NCBI GenBank assembly: GCA_027923505.1
Contig: BROI01000007.1
Location: 1,116,001-1,136,069, forward strand
Length of the DNA stretch: 20,069 nucleotides
Origin: Mayamaea pseudoterrestris
Lineage: Eukaryota
Reading direction: 5' to 3'
Shown here: one piece after another, positions 15,752 to 20,069 of the stretch
Numbering within the stretch: the stretch's first letter is position 1
How the letters are laid out: every line of letters starts with the position of its first letter
The notes under the pieces: generated by a model
What the model saw: only the letters and a program-made list of their open reading frames with translations
What the model was told of the DNA's origin: nothing
The model's database searches: none
Position numbers and translations under genes: made by a program

Positions 15752-16155
15752 GGTGGATGAGGCGCGATTGTGTGCGCTGCGGAGGATTTTGCGTCGTCAG
15801 GGCCAGTCACGTTTGACGTTTCACTCATGACTCATCTTTGCGTTTCAACGGACGCAGTCATGCAGTTGAATGGCATCAAGAAGGAACAAACGGAGTCCCC
15901 TTCGTCGTTAGTGGCTTGAACGAGCCATTGGATTACCGTTTCATTGTGTGAGGGAAGAAGATTTGCAAGGAACGGTGGTGCTAATAGACACGATCTGATT
16001 TATTTTTCATCGATAGGAGCGTTGACGGCCTCGACAGGTTTTTCGCTTGCGCAGGGTCGGCACGAGCTCGCATCGCCAGTCAAGAATCTCATCCATTCGT
16101 CCGTAGCATTCATTGATTACCCTTCAGCAGTAACGTAGCAACGTGAAATACCGCA

Positions 16156-17961
16156 ATGCATCGAGGTTGCTACTTTCCAGAAGAACTGTTCGAGACGTCC
16201 AGCTCCATGCGCGACGAGTCTCCTTCGCCAGCGCCTCTTATGAACCAGCCGGAAGCAGCCATCAGCAGTAGCAGCAGCAACAAGCTATACCAGCGAAGCA
16301 TGCAGTACGCCGTTATGAAAAAGAAGGCAAGGAAACTACATGTTAATGAGGACTTGTCGTTTGCGAACTCTACGCGACGTTCTACATCTTCCAGCAGTTC
16401 AAAGAACAGCAGTATGTTGATCAAAGCTTCCGTTTCGAGCGGAGAAGATGAGCTTTATCATTTGATGGCTCCGCCAGCAAGGAATATGGAAAACATTATC
16501 AAAACCCCTTCGTCATATGTTCAGAAATTGTACGGACGTGGACCAAGGCATGGCTTTGGCGGAGCTACTCTACAACTGGACGAGCAGGAAGCGCTGAAGG
16601 CGTCAAAATTTCTAAGCACAGTCAATGCACCCTCCGACGAGGAAGATGAAGACAATGATGAACAAAAAGACGATTATTCAGTCCAATCAAGCGGCAGCAA
16701 CCGTTCCAGCGATACAACTGGAGCGACAATGTTTGATTTTTCCAAGGAAAACGCGTCGCAGCCATATGCCAATGGCCGCAAGATTGACAAGACACAAACG
16801 ACAAAACAAGTGTATCCAAAGTCAACCAAACCAATTGTGTCGAGAGGGTCTTTGAATGGAGGAATGTTGGATCGCGTCAACAATGCTCAATCTCGAACGA
16901 ACAACAGCTCGAAAATCAATGTCGAAAGCACGAAGCCATCGCACAAGAGTTTGCTTGCGTCAAGGGATTTGTTCAGATCAAAGATAACCAAGGCCAAGCA
17001 TATTCGACAACTAGAAGAAGCGGAAAGTCTAATGCTTGGCGGCGATGCGGCAGTAATTGCAGTGGACGAACCACCAAGGACCCCAGACCGAGTGAACATT
17101 GGTGCTGACCGTGGCAATGGAATGTATCACTCATCACCTCGATCCGTTGTTAACATTATGTCAGCAAAAGATGAGCATGACGGTAATCATAATATCACAT
17201 CAAAAGCCTCACCCTCGCAGGTTGTCGCCGGTGCGTGCGCCATGGGCCCCTTTCTTGCTGAGCTCAATCGCATGCTAACGGGCCCGTGCATGGCTGCTGG
17301 TTTGGATCACACGTCGCGCACTGGCCTGGATCTTGGGACATTTGATGATGATGACGACGACGACAATATTATTCTTGCTCCGCCAAACACGCCTAGTTCC
17401 AATACACTGGCACCTCAACGAAAGCATTCAACTATGGCCAAGGGTGAATGCCACGCGGCACCGGTGGTTCGCAGCGACTCTTTGGTCCGGACCCACGAAG
17501 AATTGATGCGACTCAAGCGAGAGCTCAAGTGGATGAAGAGTATAAAAATGAAGAAGCGACTTCAAATTGCAGCAGCCAGCTCAAAGGCGAACCAGGCAGC
17601 CACTGGCAAGAAACAAGTGCGCTTTGCGAAGCAACTGGTGACGCAAGTCCATCATCGACCATATACGCGCGAGGAAGACATTGAAAAGCTGTACTTTGTC
17701 GAAGAGGAACTGGAAGGGTATGAGTATGATCGTGCAACGACGGCACCCGAGCAATTTGAAGTGATTGCTAAAAGTCATGGAAACAGCATGATCAATTGGA
17801 TGAGCCGAGGCGCCAAGGTGCAAGTAGAATACAAGGATCGACGACGGGTCTGCCGGGACGATCAGGACGATGATGATTCATTGCTTCCATGGGAATTGGT
17901 ATCTTCGCAAATGCAGCAACATAAGAAAGGTTCAAGCGACTTGCCTACGCTGCGAGAATAA
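16156..17961 (+). CDS. Hypothetical, largely disordered Ser/Asn/Asp-rich protein (601 aa) with C-terminal KKQVRF (RVxF-type) motif
   Basis: Long ATG-TAA ORF followed by an AT-rich 3' region with AATAAA-like runs (~18010-18021). Low complexity, with a short coiled segment and KKQVRFAKQLVTQVHHRPYT.EEDIEKLYF.EEEL. Confidence 0.78.
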   Translation: MHRGCYFPEELFETSSSMRDESPSPAPLMNQPEAAISSSSSNKLYQRSMQYAVMKKKARKLHVNEDLSFANSTRRSTSSSSSKNSSMLIKASVSSGEDELYHLMAPPARNMENIIKTPSSYVQKLYGRGPRHGFGGATLQLDEQEALKASKFLSTVNAPSDEEDEDNDEQKDDYSVQSSGSNRSSDTTGATMFDFSKENASQPYANGRKIDKTQTTKQVYPKSTKPIVSRGSLNGGMLDRVNNAQSRTNNSSKINVESTKPSHKSLLASRDLFRSKITKAKHIRQLEEAESLMLGGDAAVIAVDEPPRTPDRVNIGADRGNGMYHSSPRSVVNIMSAKDEHDGNHNITSKASPSQVVAGACAMGPFLAELNRMLTGPCMAAGLDHTSRTGLDLGTFDDDDDDDNIILAPPNTPSSNTLAPQRKHSTMAKGECHAAPVVRSDSLVRTHEELMRLKRELKWMKSIKMKKRLQIAAASSKANQAATGKKQVRFAKQLVTQVHHRPYTREEDIEKLYFVEEELEGYEYDRATTAPEQFEVIAKSHGNSMINWMSRGAKVQVEYKDRRRVCRDDQDDDDSLLPWELVSSQMQQHKKGSSDLPTLRE

Positions 17962-18146
17962 TAGTTTATTGCCCAGCGTAGTGTCGGACATGTGGTTTTA
18001 TGTCATAAAATAATAAATAAATTTGGGCCAGCATAGTATATAACTGCTCAATATATTATTGACATTGCGTTTCGACATGTCTAAATTGTAGAGGCAAACA
18101 CTTCGATGCGCACCTCATGACCCAGTTGCCCTTACACTCCCTGCTA

Positions 18147-19307
18147 CTAAGCCCTTTTATTCTTGCCCATGCCCTTGGTCATTCTCTTTTGCAATACTTT
18201 TTCCTTCTTGTCTTGCTTGGCCGAGCTTGCCTGTCGCTTGGAAACCCCTGCCTTGTGTGTCGCAGCCTTGCCCGGCGCAAATTTCTTCGCATCGCCACGC
18301 TTACGCTTCTTGTCAGTCTTGTCGCTCGTCTTTGGTTTAGCGTCATTTACAATTTGCTTGGTCAAGATGCGCTTCAAAGCTCCCGTGCTTGTCGAAACAC
18401 GCTCCTTTGGAGGAAGCTTGCGTCGTTTTGCATTTTCAGCAGCACTATACTTGCCCTGCTTGGCCTTGAAGCGCTTGCCGCACACCAAAACGCGCAACTC
18501 CTTCTTCATGTATGTTGTCGCGTGTACTTTTTGCAAAGCTTCCGATACAAGTGACTTGTCGGCAAACAATACGTAGGCGAATCCCCGACACTGAAAGGTT
18601 TCCTTATCGCGCACAATCCGCACTCCTTGAATGGAGGTTGCTGAGTTTGCACTTGCATTCTTGATGCTTGGCATGGAGTTTATAAAATGCATTCGTAGCG
18701 TCTCCTCTTGACTTGCATACGGTAGATTGCCGACAAAGACTGACCGCTGCGGATCAATCGTCGGCTGGGCCGTGTCGACGCGAATGTTGTGGTCTTCCAC
18801 CAAGAGATTATTCTTGGTTTCCAGTGCGACTGCGACACTGGCAACGTTTTGAAAGACAACATAGGCGTGAACACTATTCTTGATGCAAGCATCAATCTTG
18901 TTGGTATGCGTGCATACCTTTTTCACGAGTCGCTGGTTGCCGGCGCTCGACGCCGGCAGCTGCACGCCAGTGGTGGCGACGGATCGAATGCGAGTCGAGG
19001 AAACCTTGCCGCAGTCGGCAAACAAGGCGGCGAGAGATTTGCGAGTGATAGTGACTGGTAGATTCCCAACAAATATGGTCCTTTCTTCATCGTCTTCCTT
19101 TGTATTGCGAATGTTGTCACCTTCATTTGCTGCTGCCTGTACTTCCTCTGCTGGTGTCACGCTTTCGGCCGCTCGCTTTGTTGTCGTGATGATTGGCGGA
19201 GCAGGCGTAGGCTTTGGAACTTCAAAAGTCGTGTTAAAGACGTCTTGCGATGCAGTTTCTACCTTCTCATCGTCAGTGCCGCCAAAGATGGATTGTAGCA
19301 GGGACAT
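18147..19307 (-). CDS. NOP12: Nucleolar protein 12 / RBM34-like two-RRM 60S biogenesis factor (~386 aa)
   Basis: RRM1: RTIFVGNLP...CGKVSSTRIRSV...VHAYVVF...NIRVD. RRM2: RSVFVGNLPY...IQGVRIVRDKETFQCRGFAYVLF. Lys-rich tail. The first ATG (MSLLQSIFGG) is at 19307, not the non-ATG start at 19343. Confidence 0.9.
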   Translation of the reverse strand: MSLLQSIFGGTDDEKVETASQDVFNTTFEVPKPTPAPPIITTTKRAAESVTPAEEVQAAANEGDNIRNTKEDDEERTIFVGNLPVTITRKSLAALFADCGKVSSTRIRSVATTGVQLPASSAGNQRLVKKVCTHTNKIDACIKNSVHAYVVFQNVASVAVALETKNNLLVEDHNIRVDTAQPTIDPQRSVFVGNLPYASQEETLRMHFINSMPSIKNASANSATSIQGVRIVRDKETFQCRGFAYVLFADKSLVSEALQKVHATTYMKKELRVLVCGKRFKAKQGKYSAAENAKRRKLPPKERVSTSTGALKRILTKQIVNDAKPKTSDKTDKKRKRGDAKKFAPGKAATHKAGVSKRQASSAKQDKKEKVLQKRMTKGMGKNKRA

Positions 19308-19366
19308 GTTCGATTGGAAAGTTGAGAAAGAGTGATCACACAATTCTTTGTCGCGGTTGATCGATG

Positions 19367-19389
19367 GCTACCGGTACTGAACCGGTAGC
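19367..19389. promoter_or_regulatory. Inverted repeat GCTACCGGT-actga-ACCGGTAGC in the NOP12/RPLP2 divergent intergenic region
   Basis: Perfect 9-bp arms with a 5-nt spacer; each arm contains ACCGGT. Regulatory role is inferred only. Confidence 0.45.
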
Positions 19390-19689
19390 ACAGTCGCCAG
19401 CTCTCGTTACCTCCTACCGTCTTACTAAGCCGACGCGACGCGACGAAATCGACCATGGCGATCACAACATCTGCAGGCCGCTTTCTGTAAGCTTAAATTG
19501 CGTGCGGAGTGTCAATCTCGTACTTTGTAAGTGATAAGATAGTAGCTGATACGTGTGGAAATTTCAAGAGCCGCGATTCTGCACTCAGTCGCGCCTCCAT
19601 GGATTTTCTGTCATAGTTCACATCGACTCACATTCATCATTATTCCGTATGCAGAATACAAAATCATAAACACGTAACAATCTAAAAAC

Positions 19690-20049
19690 ATGCGTCACTT
19701 GGCAGTGTACTTGATGCTCCAACTAGGAGGCAATGACTCTCCTTCCAAGGAGGATATTACCAAAGCACTTTCGGCCGTTGGTGTCGAGTCCGACTCGGAC
19801 AGCCTGGACAAGCTCATGGCAGGACTAGACGGCAAATCCGTCCAAGAACTCATGGAAGCAGGAAAGGAGCTTCTTGCCACCTTTGGAGGCGGTGGTGGCG
19901 GAGGCGGCGCGGCTGCTGCGGGTGGTGGTGACGCTGCCCCGTCTGCCGCCGCCAAGGAGGAAGAAAAGGAGGAGGAAGTGGAAATGGACCTTGCTGGAGG
20001 TATGGACATGTTCGGAGGTGAAAGTGGCGGCGGCGGAGGTGATTATTAG
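19690..20049 (+). CDS. RPLP2: 60S acidic ribosomal protein P2
   Basis: MRHLAVYLMLQLGGNDSPSKEDITKALSAVGVE...LDGKSVQELMEAGKELLA is a typical P2 N-domain, followed by a Gly/Ala hinge and acidic KEEEKEEE. Confidence 0.95.
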   Translation: MRHLAVYLMLQLGGNDSPSKEDITKALSAVGVESDSDSLDKLMAGLDGKSVQELMEAGKELLATFGGGGGGGGAAAAGGGDAAPSAAAKEEEKEEEVEMDLAGGMDMFGGESGGGGGDY

Positions 20050-20069
20050 AATGGTGTGCGATGTTACTA

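Noticed and set aside
15075..15830. Plus-strand ORFs over NDUFA5
   Set aside because: Antisense shadows of a conserved gene.
18117..19335. Plus-strand ORFs of 90-151 aa over NOP12
   Set aside because: Antisense shadows. The hydrophobic look comes from the reverse complement of Lys-rich codons.

Overview
Compact, gene-dense, nearly intron-free eukaryotic nuclear DNA. It is most likely from a diatom or other stramenopile, inferred from gene style, one short GT-AG intron and a P2 protein ending in 'DMFGG...GDY'. Eleven protein-coding genes are supported, in this order: (1) a 5'-truncated giant repeat protein (>1768 aa) ending in a DUF1349 (Ree1-like, ConA-fold) domain; (2) a convergent stand-alone DUF1349 paralogue; (3) a type II membrane protein with a probable glycan-active five-bladed beta-propeller; (4) a two-exon SGNH/PC-esterase (TBL-like) protein that the ORF track splits in two; (5) an S28 serine carboxypeptidase; (6) an unknown 559-aa protein; (7) a CDIN1/TPD-family PD-(D/E)xK nuclease; (8) complex I subunit NDUFA5; (9) a disordered RVxF-motif protein; (10) Nop12/RBM34; (11) 60S acidic protein P2. 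The most unusual object is gene 1. It has six ~150-aa helical modules in a higher-order ABC-A'B'C' array (period ~2391 bp), nine copies of a 'VY..I...RPG..NPWDDLSD.E' linear motif, an acidic/poly-Lys diblock, and a DUF1349 domain whose free-standing twin lies tail-to-tail 320 bp away. No RNA genes, transposons or CRISPR arrays were recognised.
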